NCBI GenBank assembly: GCA_027489695.1
Contig: JAIXZK010000144.1
Coordinates: forward strand, 553 to 64,552
Origin: Sphingomonadales bacterium
Lineage (GTDB): Bacteria; Pseudomonadota; Alphaproteobacteria; Sphingomonadales; Sphingomonadaceae
DNA length: 64,000 nucleotides
Direction: 5' to 3'
The position numbers were made by a program, and so were the translations under genes. Below the pieces are notes generated by a model, which saw nothing but the letters and a program-made list of their open reading frames with translations, did no database searches and had not been told where the DNA came from. This document shows positions 9,545 to 17,544 of this stretch, piece after piece (position 1 is the stretch's first letter; each line of letters begins with the position of its first letter).

Positions 9545-9945
9545 TTTTCGAACTCTCGGGCGAACCAGTCTTCGATAAGGAAAATGTGCGTACCGATGCC
9601 GTCGTGGCCCGGCCTCCAGGGGTTGTGGCTAGTGCGGTGCCGTGACCAGCGCTGATACACCTTGCCGTCGATGACCTGCGGTGCGTCAGTCGCCCCTATC
9701 CGCAGCCCGTCCCGCCTAGAAAGCGCCGGCAGCACGTAAACCATGTCGAGCGCCGTGATCGGGTAGCCCGTTTCAAGCCGGATGGCGATGGTCACAGACG
9801 ACTCATTGTAGCCGTCATGTTGTGAGGGGAAGCCATGCACTAGCACCCACTGCGACCCGTCGCTCACAGTCTCCCAAGGAAGACCATAATCGTCAAGAAA
9901 CTGCTGATCATCCGCCGACAGGTCGAAATCACGACGCATCGTCAT
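9529..9945 (-). CDS. E2/UBC-like protein lacking a catalytic-position cysteine (Prok-E2_E-like)
   Basis: 138 aa, sitting between the Ubl and E1 genes and overlapping the E1 start by 16 nt. UBC-like landmarks are ETGYP and SHNPW. The only Cys lies in the C-terminal KCPAR tail. Confidence 0.62.
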   Translation of the reverse strand: MTMRRDFDLSADDQQFLDDYGLPWETVSDGSQWVLVHGFPSQHDGYNESSVTIAIRLETGYPITALDMVYVLPALSRRDGLRIGATDAPQVIDGKVYQRWSRHRTSHNPWRPGHDGIGTHIFLIEDWFAREFEKCPAR

Positions 9946-9948
9946 CGC

Positions 9949-10290
9949 TCAGCCCTCCGTCTGGTCGCGCGGCAGCGCCTTGAATTTTTCGACGCCCGGC
10001 TTACGCAGATCGACCTTCTCGTCGAGAGCGACCTTTTCAGGCTTCGCGCCGGCAGCCTTGATCCGCAGCGTATAATCCTCGGGGGGAACGAGGCCGGCCA
10101 AGACAAGGACCTCGCGTCCCGTAATCGTGGGCTTCTGGATGACATAGGGTTCACCATTCACCCGAATGCGGTAACCCCTCGCCAACGGGGGCCGCTCACC
10201 GCGCTTGGCGAATTCTTCAAGGTCGATGATCTCGTCGAGCACGGCTTCCTCGCCGGCGTCGACCGCTTCCTTATAGGCTTCTTCACTCAC
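9949..10290 (-). CDS. Ubiquitin-like (multiubiquitin-domain type) protein ending in a free Gly
   Basis: Start set at GTG 10290 (AAGGAG 7 nt upstream), not ORF-track 10524. It has an acidic helix, then a beta-grasp-like RGYRIRVNGEPYVIQKPTITGREVLVLAG. It ends ...RDQTEG-stop. Confidence 0.62.
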   Translation of the reverse strand: MSEEAYKEAVDAGEEAVLDEIIDLEEFAKRGERPPLARGYRIRVNGEPYVIQKPTITGREVLVLAGLVPPEDYTLRIKAAGAKPEKVALDEKVDLRKPGVEKFKALPRDQTEG

Positions 10291-10351
10291 TTCTCGGCTC
10301 CTTGCCCAGGCCCGGACCGCCCGGGTGATGAGAAGCCATATCGCATAGCGT

Positions 10352-10396
10352 GCTTGGTATATCAAGCAGATTCTTAGCACGCTTGACATACCAAGC
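10352..10396. promoter_or_regulatory. Twin 16-bp quasi-palindromic operators within divergent promoters
   Basis: GCTTGGTATATCAAGC (10352-10367) and GCTTGACATACCAAGC (10381-10396) are reverse complements of each other apart from one mismatch. One carries TTGACA on the + strand (XRE side) and the other TTGATA on the - strand (Ubl side). Confidence 0.5.
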
Positions 10397-10445
10397 GGTG
10401 TGGCGCTAAATGTCTCGAGATTCCAGTGGATTGAAGGAGTGTTCA

Positions 10446-10847
10446 ATGGCAACCGCAGACGACAAAGATGTCGGCGAGCCAACCACCGAGCCCAACTTGA
10501 CCTTGGGCCAGTACTTGGCATCAATACGCAAAGACCGACGGCTCAGTTTGCGGGCAGTCGAGGAAAGATCGGGGAAGCAGGTCTCCAACGCCTATCTTAG
10601 TCAAATCGAGAACAACCAGATTCAGCAACCTTCGCCGAATATCCTCAATGCATTAGCGGAAATCTATGAAATCAGTTTAGAAGGCCTGATGGAAAAGGCT
10701 GGCTTCATTCAAAAGTCTGGCCTTCGTGAGCAGAATGAGCGACATGGCCGAATTGCAACTTTTGCAGAGCACAACTTGACGCCAGAGGAAGAAGTTGAGC
10801 TGATGCAGTATCTAGAATTTATGCGTCATCGGAAGCGACCGCGTTGA
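10446..10847 (+). CDS. XRE-family HTH transcriptional regulator (CapH/ImmR-like)
   Basis: ATG 10446 follows AAGGAG. HTH region: TLGQYLASIRKDRRLSLRAVEERSGKQVSNAYLSQIENN. Its stop overlaps the next gene. Confidence 0.85.
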   Translation: MATADDKDVGEPTTEPNLTLGQYLASIRKDRRLSLRAVEERSGKQVSNAYLSQIENNQIQQPSPNILNALAEIYEISLEGLMEKAGFIQKSGLREQNERHGRIATFAEHNLTPEEEVELMQYLEFMRHRKRPR

Positions 10848-11764
10848 AACCTGACGATAGCAGCCTGTCGCTGCATGACATGGCAATCATTGAGAAGCGC
10901 GCAAGCCGGCTGCTAAGCGAAGCTGCTGCTTGGGATCGATTCCCTGTTCCTATCGACGACTTGCTGTCAGCAGCAAAGGTAAAAGTCGCGCCCCACAGCA
11001 TCTTCGATCCAGCGAGCATCCTGGCATATCTGAAAGGCAAAGCGGAAGGGGCGGCGGCAACAATCAAGTCGGCCATTTCCAAGGTGTGGGGCCTGTACGA
11101 CGCAGAGGAAAGCTTGATCCATATTGATCAAAGCGTGAATATTTCTCGGCAGACATTCCTCAAATTACATGAGGCAGGTCACCATGATATTCCAACTCAC
11201 AAGAAGTTGTTTCGCTTTTTCCAAGACTGCGAGCAAACGCTGGCCCCCGAGATAGCTGACCAGTTTGAGCGCGAAGCCAACAATTTTGCCCGGTTCGCCT
11301 TGTTCAAAGGCGACGTCTATCGGCAGCAAGCATCTGATTGCGCTTTTGAAATTAAAACTCCGATGAAGCTTGCCAAGAAGTTTGGTTCATCGGTTTATGC
11401 GTCGGTACGGGAGTTTGCTCGGACAAACCCGCGGGCGTGCGTTGTCTATGTGCTTGAGCCAGCTGAGTTCGTAGACGGCCATGGCTTTCGTGCGGCTGTC
11501 AGGCGCATTGAGGTGTCTCCCAAATACCGTAGCGAGTTTGGCGTGCCGAATGACGTGGCAATTACATCCGATCACCTGCTGGGGTCTATTGTGCCAATCG
11601 GCCGGAAAATGACCCGGCCCAGAACACTTACCGTGACCGATCTGAACGGCGAAACTCATGAATGCGTCGCGGAGGCTTTCGACACCACGTTCAACATTCT
11701 GATCCTTCTGTATCCTGTGAAGGCATTGGGCCGATCGATTCTTGTGTTGAGGCCCGGCAGCTGA
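10844..11764 (+). CDS. ImmA/IrrE-family Zn metallopeptidase with an extra C-terminal domain (CapP-like)
   Basis: HEXXH motif in FLKLHEAGHHDIP. TTG start overlapping the XRE stop. About 150 aa of uncharacterised C-terminal region. Confidence 0.82.
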   Translation: MKPDDSSLSLHDMAIIEKRASRLLSEAAAWDRFPVPIDDLLSAAKVKVAPHSIFDPASILAYLKGKAEGAAATIKSAISKVWGLYDAEESLIHIDQSVNISRQTFLKLHEAGHHDIPTHKKLFRFFQDCEQTLAPEIADQFEREANNFARFALFKGDVYRQQASDCAFEIKTPMKLAKKFGSSVYASVREFARTNPRACVVYVLEPAEFVDGHGFRAAVRRIEVSPKYRSEFGVPNDVAITSDHLLGSIVPIGRKMTRPRTLTVTDLNGETHECVAEAFDTTFNILILLYPVKALGRSILVLRPGS

Positions 11765-11866
11765 TCTGCTCGTGCTCTTCAGCGAACAGATTATTGGCCA
11801 CTGGTGTGGATAGGCTACAGCCCATCTTTTGGTATGACTTTAATCTCAGAGGCATCAGGAGACAAC

Positions 11867-12331
11867 GTGACGGACACACAGATCCAGCAACTGAAGCGTG
11901 CTCTGTTAGATGAATATGGCAGTTTTGCCGATCGACGCATTAAAAACATCGATCGTGGAGATCGTTTTATAGTCGATGGCAGGACGGACAGCGATATAGC
12001 GTCTGATGGCCAGGTCTATGGCTGGTTCTGCTCGATGTTCCTTGAAGTACGTTCGGTCGATCACGTCACACTACACCTAACGAACGTACCAACGAGTGAT
12101 GCTGTTGATGGTTGGCTGGCTGCGCATTCAGAAAGTGTCGGCCGAGGTCATCGCGTTGCAATTGGACGCGGTAGTGAAGAGATCCTCGCTGAGTTCGCCG
12201 CCCATGTGAACGCGATAACGGCCCCTGGGCGCCGCTACAGTGTCCCATCATACAAGTATGCAGTGCCAAGGGTCGTCGACGCCTTAGGCCGACTGGCGCG
12301 GGCACTAAGGCGGGGATGGCAGATTGAATGA
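11867..12331 (+). CDS. Hypothetical protein (154 aa)
   Basis: GTG 11867 lies 5 nt after AGGAG; the ORF track extends it to 11804. I recognise no motif. Confidence 0.45.
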   Translation: MTDTQIQQLKRALLDEYGSFADRRIKNIDRGDRFIVDGRTDSDIASDGQVYGWFCSMFLEVRSVDHVTLHLTNVPTSDAVDGWLAAHSESVGRGHRVAIGRGSEEILAEFAAHVNAITAPGRRYSVPSYKYAVPRVVDALGRLARALRRGWQIE

Positions 12332-12609
12332 CCCTGCGCTTCTGCGCCAACCGGCATCGGTCATGGATGAGATCAAGAAGCTGCACCGACCGCGTACGTA
12401 AGCGGATCGGTCGACGAGCATCTTGCACCCGTGATCAGACCGGGCGGAGACCACCGAGCCGCGGATCTCAAAAGATCCGTACGCTCTGAATCTCAATGGC
12501 GGGCCCTGATCGACACACTCTTTCTTCGACCGAGGTGCTGCGTCAAGGCTCCGCTTCTCAGTGCATTTTACCCCTTTTGTTCTCATGCCAAATGACTCAT
12601 AGAATCACC

Positions 12610-13080
12610 ATGCCGATCCGCCCAAGCCAGCGTTGGTTCTACCCGATCGACTGGCGCGAGCTGTCTCAGGTCATCCGCTTCGATCGCGCCGGCGGCCGCT
12701 GCGAGCACTGCCGACGACCGCACCGACAGCTGGTGATCGTCGGCCCCGGTGGCCTGTGGTGGGACGAGACTCGGCAAGGCTGGCGCGACCATCGGGGCCG
12801 GCGGTCGCGGGCGCTGCCCTCCCCTGCCCGGCTCGCCGTCCTGCAGCCGGCCTTGGCCGGCTTCGCCGCCCTGCCCCTGCCCTCGACCTATGTCGTCCTC
12901 GCTACCGCCCATCTCGACCAGGACCCCGGGAACAACGATGGCCACAACCTCGCCGCGCTGTGCCAGCGCTGCCACCTCGCCCATGACCGGGCGGCGCATC
13001 GCCGCCAGCGCTGGAAGACGCTGTTCTACCGCCGCGCCCTCGGAGACCTGTTCGCCGGCCGCTACCCCGAAGCGCGCTGA
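12610..13080 (+). CDS. HNH endonuclease-like protein
   Basis: CEHCRRPH ... HLDQDPGNNDGHNLAALCQRCHLAHD. ATG at 12610 is chosen within ORF 12496..13080. Confidence 0.72.
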   Translation: MPIRPSQRWFYPIDWRELSQVIRFDRAGGRCEHCRRPHRQLVIVGPGGLWWDETRQGWRDHRGRRSRALPSPARLAVLQPALAGFAALPLPSTYVVLATAHLDQDPGNNDGHNLAALCQRCHLAHDRAAHRRQRWKTLFYRRALGDLFAGRYPEAR

Positions 13081-13157
13081 GTTCGACGTCGATTCACTGT
13101 AGCGGCGCCACTGCCCATCCGTGCTAACGACACGTTCGTTCGGGGAGGGCCCGACCT

Positions 13158-13185
13158 GATCTCGCCGGCCGAGGCCGGCGAGATC
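13158..13185. terminator. 12-bp perfect hairpin between convergent genes
   Basis: GATCTCGCCGGC-cgag-GCCGGCGAGATC. There is no clear U-tract. Confidence 0.4.
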
Positions 13186-13204
13186 CACTTCCCCACCAAA
13201 CTCC

Positions 13205-13651
13205 CTACCCTCGCGCCTGGCGCAGCAGCCGCTTGCGCTCGTAGGTGTCGGCCTTGGCCCAGGCCTCCCGCGAAATCCCCGCCGGCGCCGGCGGCAAGGG
13301 CTCGGGCGGCTCATCGTCAGGCGGCGGTTCTTCCTCCTGCCCCCGCCCGTGCCCGGTGCCGAACATGCGGGCATGATTGCCGCGGTCGGTGGTCAACGGT
13401 CGATACGGCGTGCTGTCGCCGGTCGACCACATGAAGAACGCCGTGCCGTCGCACTGGTAGATGCGGCACGGCCCGCGCTGGTCGATCAAGCAAAAGCTGC
13501 GACCGCGCAGCATGATGATGGCATCGAGGTCGACCTTTTGCCACTGCCGGCACTTCGAGCACACCGCTGCCACCCGCACCTTCTGGTCGCGCATCTGCCC
13601 GACCGATTGCACATAGGTTGGCCAGATTCGCGTGACTCGGTTGTCGCCCAT
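13205..13651 (-). CDS. Hypothetical Cys-rich protein with a Pro/Glu-rich tail
   Basis: Internal ATG 13651 (MGDNRVTRIWPTYVQ...) is chosen. The upstream part of ORF 13205..13894 overlaps the ardC leader. Confidence 0.45.
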   Translation of the reverse strand: MGDNRVTRIWPTYVQSVGQMRDQKVRVAAVCSKCRQWQKVDLDAIIMLRGRSFCLIDQRGPCRIYQCDGTAFFMWSTGDSTPYRPLTTDRGNHARMFGTGHGRGQEEEPPPDDEPPEPLPPAPAGISREAWAKADTYERKRLLRQARG

Positions 13652-13868
13652 GGCCGGAACATAGACAGAACATCGAGGCTTGGGAAAGCGCCGGCAGTCG
13701 GTCGCGACGAAATTCCCCAAGTCGGGCAAGCGCCGCGAAACATCGGTTACAGGTCTCACACGTGCGCCTGAGGACCGGCAGTTGAGAGCGAGAGCGGGGC
13801 GGCTGTCGCCGTGACGGGTTTGAGGGTGAGGAGAGAGGCTCCGCGCCGGCCCGTCATGGAGACCTGCC

Positions 13869-14834
13869 ATGACCAAAGCTTCCTCCCCTGCCACCCGAGC
13901 AACCGCGTCGCGCGGCGACCTTTACGACGACATCACCAACCGCATCATCGCCGAGCTCGAGGCCGGCGCGCTGCCCTGGGTCCGGCCGTGGGCGTCGAGC
14001 GAGGTGGCGGCGCCGCTGGCGCTGCCGCGCAACGCCGCCACCGACCGCTGCTACAGCGGCATAAACATCCTGATCCTGTGGGGCGCGGTCGCGAACCGCG
14101 GTTTTGCCGGACAGTTCTGGCTGACGTTCCGGCAGGCCCTGTCGCTCGGCGGCAATGTCCGCAAGGGCGAGACCGGCACCACCGTCGTCTATGCCGATCG
14201 CTTCATCCCCGACGATGAGCGCAAGCGCAGCAGCCAGACCGGCGACGATCCCCGTGCCATCCCATTCCTGAAACGCTTCACGGTGTTCAACACCGACCAG
14301 TGCGAAGGCCTGCCGGGCAATCTCGCCACGACACCCCCTGCCCTGCCCGAAGGTCTGGTGCTGCCGCAGGTCGAGGCGCTGATCCGCGCATCGGGCGCCG
14401 ATGTCCGGCTCGGTGGCAACGAGGCCTATTACGCACCGGCCGCTGACTTCATCCAGGTGCCGCACCCGGATGCATTCCATGCGCCGATCGATTGGCACCG
14501 GACCGCGCTGCACGAGCTCGGCCATTGGTCGGGCGCTGCCTCGCGGCTCGGCCGAGACCTGTCGGGCGGCCATGGAACACAGGCCTATGCCCGCGAGGAG
14601 CTTGTTGCCGAGATGTGCGCCGCGTTCTGCTGTGCGGCATTGGGCATCGTGCCGACGGTGCGCCATGCCGATTACATCGGCAGCTGGCTCAAGGTGCTGC
14701 GCGAGGACAACCGCGCCATCGTCCGTGCCGCCTCGGCGGCGTCGAAGGCGGCGGATTTCCTGCTCGGGTTTCGGGCCGAACCGGAGGACGCACCCCCTCC
14801 CGATCCGTCGCAATACGAGGCAGCCCTGCTCTGA
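13869..14834 (+). CDS. ardC: ArdC-like antirestriction protein (ssDNA-binding N-domain plus zincin metallopeptidase)
   Basis: GALPWVRPW...YSGINILILW N-domain and HELGHWSG (HExxH) C-domain. Confidence 0.82.
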   Translation: MTKASSPATRATASRGDLYDDITNRIIAELEAGALPWVRPWASSEVAAPLALPRNAATDRCYSGINILILWGAVANRGFAGQFWLTFRQALSLGGNVRKGETGTTVVYADRFIPDDERKRSSQTGDDPRAIPFLKRFTVFNTDQCEGLPGNLATTPPALPEGLVLPQVEALIRASGADVRLGGNEAYYAPAADFIQVPHPDAFHAPIDWHRTALHELGHWSGAASRLGRDLSGGHGTQAYAREELVAEMCAAFCCAALGIVPTVRHADYIGSWLKVLREDNRAIVRAASAASKAADFLLGFRAEPEDAPPPDPSQYEAALL

Positions 14835-15005
14835 CCATGCGCGGCACCGCCGGCTTCGGCGGTGCCCCTTTGCCGGACCTTCTGCCTCCCCTGCCCCGCT
14901 CCGGCCCGTGGCGACGGAGGATGAGAGGAGGAGGAGGGCGGGAGGATCTGCGACGGGTTGGAGGTCGAGAGAGAGGCTCCCGGCCGCCCGTCACGGAGAA
15001 GTCCC

Positions 15006-17186
15006 ATGACGAAGAAGATCACCCTCAGCGCCTCGCGCGACATCCCGCTCGACAAGCTGGTGCTGGCGGCATCGAACGTGCGTCGGATCGAGTGCGGCGT
15101 GTCGATCGAGGAACTGGCCGAGGACATTGCCCGGCGCACGCTGTTGCAAAGCATCACCGTGCGCGCCGTCCGCGACGAAAATGGCCAGGAGACCGGCATG
15201 TTCGAGATCCCGGCCGGCGGCCGCCGGTTCCGGGCGCTCGAGCTGCTGGTCAAGCAGAAGCGCCTGGCGAAGAATGCGCCGGTGCCGTGCGTCATCCGCG
15301 AGGATGGCGTCGCCGAGGAGGACAGCCTCGCCGAGAATGTCCAGCGGGCGCCGCTGCACCCGCTCGACCAGTTCCGCGCGTTCCTTGCTCTTCGCGAGAA
15401 GGGCCAGTCCGAGGAGGAGATCGCTGCGGCGTTCTTCGTCGCGCCGGCCGTCGTCAAGCAGCGCCTCAAGCTGGCGAGCGTCAGCCCGAAGCTGCTTGAC
15501 GTCTATGCCGAGGATGGCCTGACTCTCGACCAGCTCATGGCGTTCACCGTCAACGGCGACCATGAGCGTCAGGCACAGGTGTTCGAGACCGTGAGCCGGT
15601 CGTACAGCCGGGAGCCGCACGCCATCCGGCGGATGCTGACCGAAGGCTCGATCCGGGCCACCGACAAAAGGGCACAGTTCATCGGTATCGACGCCTATGT
15701 CGAAGCCGGCGGTGTCGTGCTGCGCGACCTGTTCCAGGGAGACGAGGGTGGCTGGCTCGCCGATGTCGGGCTGGTCGAGCGGCTCGTTGCCGAAAAGCTC
15801 GACGCTGCCGCCGCCACGATCCGGGCCGAGGGCTGGAAGTGGCTCGAGGTCGCGGTCGAGTTTCCGTACGGCCACACCTGGAACCTGCGCGACATCGCCG
15901 GCGAGCCCGTCCCGCCGACCGAAGCCGAGGAAGCCGAGGCCGCCGCGCTTCGCGCCGAGTATGAGCGGCTCGAAGCGGAATATGCCGAGGTCGACGAACT
16001 GCCCGACGAGATCGATGCCCGGCTCGGCGAGATCGAGGCTGCGCTGGAGGCGTTCGACGATCGGCCGTTGGCGTTCGCCCCGGACGACGTCGCGATTGCC
16101 GGGGTGTTCATCAGCATCGGGCGGGGTGGCGAGTTGCTCGTCCAGCGCGGCTATGTGCGCCCCGAGGACGAGCGGCCCGTGGCGGAGCCGGCACAGGGTG
16201 GCGAGGACGGTGAGGACAACGGCAACGCCGGCAATGCTGGCACCGACACCGCCAACGGCGTCCAGACGCCGCGTAGCGGCCCTGTCGACCCTTCTGCCGG
16301 CCCCAGCACGGGCCACACGCCGGAGACCGAGCCCGACGAGGACGAGGGCCTCAAGCCCCTGCCCGACCGCCTGGTCAGCGAACTTACCGCGCATCGCACG
16401 CTGGCCTTGCGCGAAGCCGTTGGCAGCGACTTCGACGTGGCGTTCCTCACGGCCCTCCACGCGCTGTGCCTGAAGCTGTTCTTCACCTTTGCGCCGGACA
16501 GCTGCCTCGACCTCGACATCAAGAGCGTCGGGTTCAGCGTTCAGGCGCCGGGGCTCACCGACAGCAAGGTGGCACAGGCGGTAAGCGAACGGCACCAGCT
16601 GTGGAAGGCATCGCTGCCCAAGGACCCGGGCGCGCTGTGGGACCACCTTGCCGGGTTCGAGGCACATCTGGCGCAGATGCTGTTCGCGCATTGCGTGTCG
16701 CTGTCGGTCAATGCGGTGATCGAGCCGTACAACCGGCGACCCCGGGCGCTGGCGCACGCCGACCTCGTCGCGCAGATGGTCGATCTCGACATGGCAGCGG
16801 CCGGTTGGACGGCCACGGTCGACGGGTTCCTCGGCCGGGTGACCAAGGCGCGCATCGTCGGCGCAGTGCGCGAAGCTCGCGGCGAACGGGCGGCCGATGG
16901 CATCACCGGACTCAAGAAGGGCGAGATGGCCGAAAAGGCCGCCACCCTGCTCGCCGGTTCCAACTGGCTGCCCGAACCGCTGCGCACGCCGGGACGCGAA
17001 CTGCCGCCGGTGGTTGAAGCCGCCGACTGCGCCAGCGACGAGCCGGTCGAGGGCGCCGAGACGGCCGATGTCGGTGCGCAAGCGCCCGAGGGAGAAGGCA
17101 TCGATAACCCCGATGGCGACGCTGGCGACGACGAAGCAGCGACCTGCGACGAGCCCGACGCCAGCGTGGCGATCGCCGCCGAATAG
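15006..17186 (+). CDS. ParB/Srx N-terminal (nuclease-like) domain protein of conjugative elements
   Basis: LAASNVRRIE...FEIPAGGRRFRALELL (ParB GxxR box). Long acidic C-terminal region. ATG 15006 follows GGAGA. Confidence 0.8.
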   Translation: MTKKITLSASRDIPLDKLVLAASNVRRIECGVSIEELAEDIARRTLLQSITVRAVRDENGQETGMFEIPAGGRRFRALELLVKQKRLAKNAPVPCVIREDGVAEEDSLAENVQRAPLHPLDQFRAFLALREKGQSEEEIAAAFFVAPAVVKQRLKLASVSPKLLDVYAEDGLTLDQLMAFTVNGDHERQAQVFETVSRSYSREPHAIRRMLTEGSIRATDKRAQFIGIDAYVEAGGVVLRDLFQGDEGGWLADVGLVERLVAEKLDAAAATIRAEGWKWLEVAVEFPYGHTWNLRDIAGEPVPPTEAEEAEAAALRAEYERLEAEYAEVDELPDEIDARLGEIEAALEAFDDRPLAFAPDDVAIAGVFISIGRGGELLVQRGYVRPEDERPVAEPAQGGEDGEDNGNAGNAGTDTANGVQTPRSGPVDPSAGPSTGHTPETEPDEDEGLKPLPDRLVSELTAHRTLALREAVGSDFDVAFLTALHALCLKLFFTFAPDSCLDLDIKSVGFSVQAPGLTDSKVAQAVSERHQLWKASLPKDPGALWDHLAGFEAHLAQMLFAHCVSLSVNAVIEPYNRRPRALAHADLVAQMVDLDMAAAGWTATVDGFLGRVTKARIVGAVREARGERAADGITGLKKGEMAEKAATLLAGSNWLPEPLRTPGRELPPVVEAADCASDEPVEGAETADVGAQAPEGEGIDNPDGDAGDDEAATCDEPDASVAIAAE

Positions 17187-17206
17187 CATCTGCACGCATC
17201 GAACCT

Positions 17207-17236
17207 GGGCCCGCCGGCGACGGCGGGCCCTTTTTT
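17207..17236 (+). terminator. Rho-independent terminator
   Basis: GGGCCCGCCG-gcga-CGGCGGGCCC followed by TTTTTT. Confidence 0.85.
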
Positions 17237-17544
17237 CGTGTCCGGCGGTCAGAGCCCCCTGCCCTGCCCGGCCAGAGCCACGCGCGGAGGGCCTTCCGAG
17301 AGGGGGCGACGGGGAGCGCAGCCAAGGCTGGCTGGCAACGGTCGCCGCCCGGCTATTTTCCGCCGGCAGGCTGAGCCTGCCTTTGCATCGCGAAGCAAAA
17401 TAGCCGGCCGCTCCCGTCCTTCGCTCACGCTGCGGCCGCGCGGGGCTTCGCCCTCGGCGGTGCCTGCCACCCCTGCCCGCGCTCTTTGCGCGCCCGGGAA
17501 GGCCACGTGCCCCGCGTGGTCAACCGCCCAAGGGAGTGAAGGAC

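Noticed and set aside
14991-17195. 734-aa minus-strand ORF
   Set aside because: It lies exactly antisense to the ParB-nuclease-like gene, has low-complexity Arg/Gly/Ala-rich composition and no motifs. This is a typical high-GC shadow ORF.
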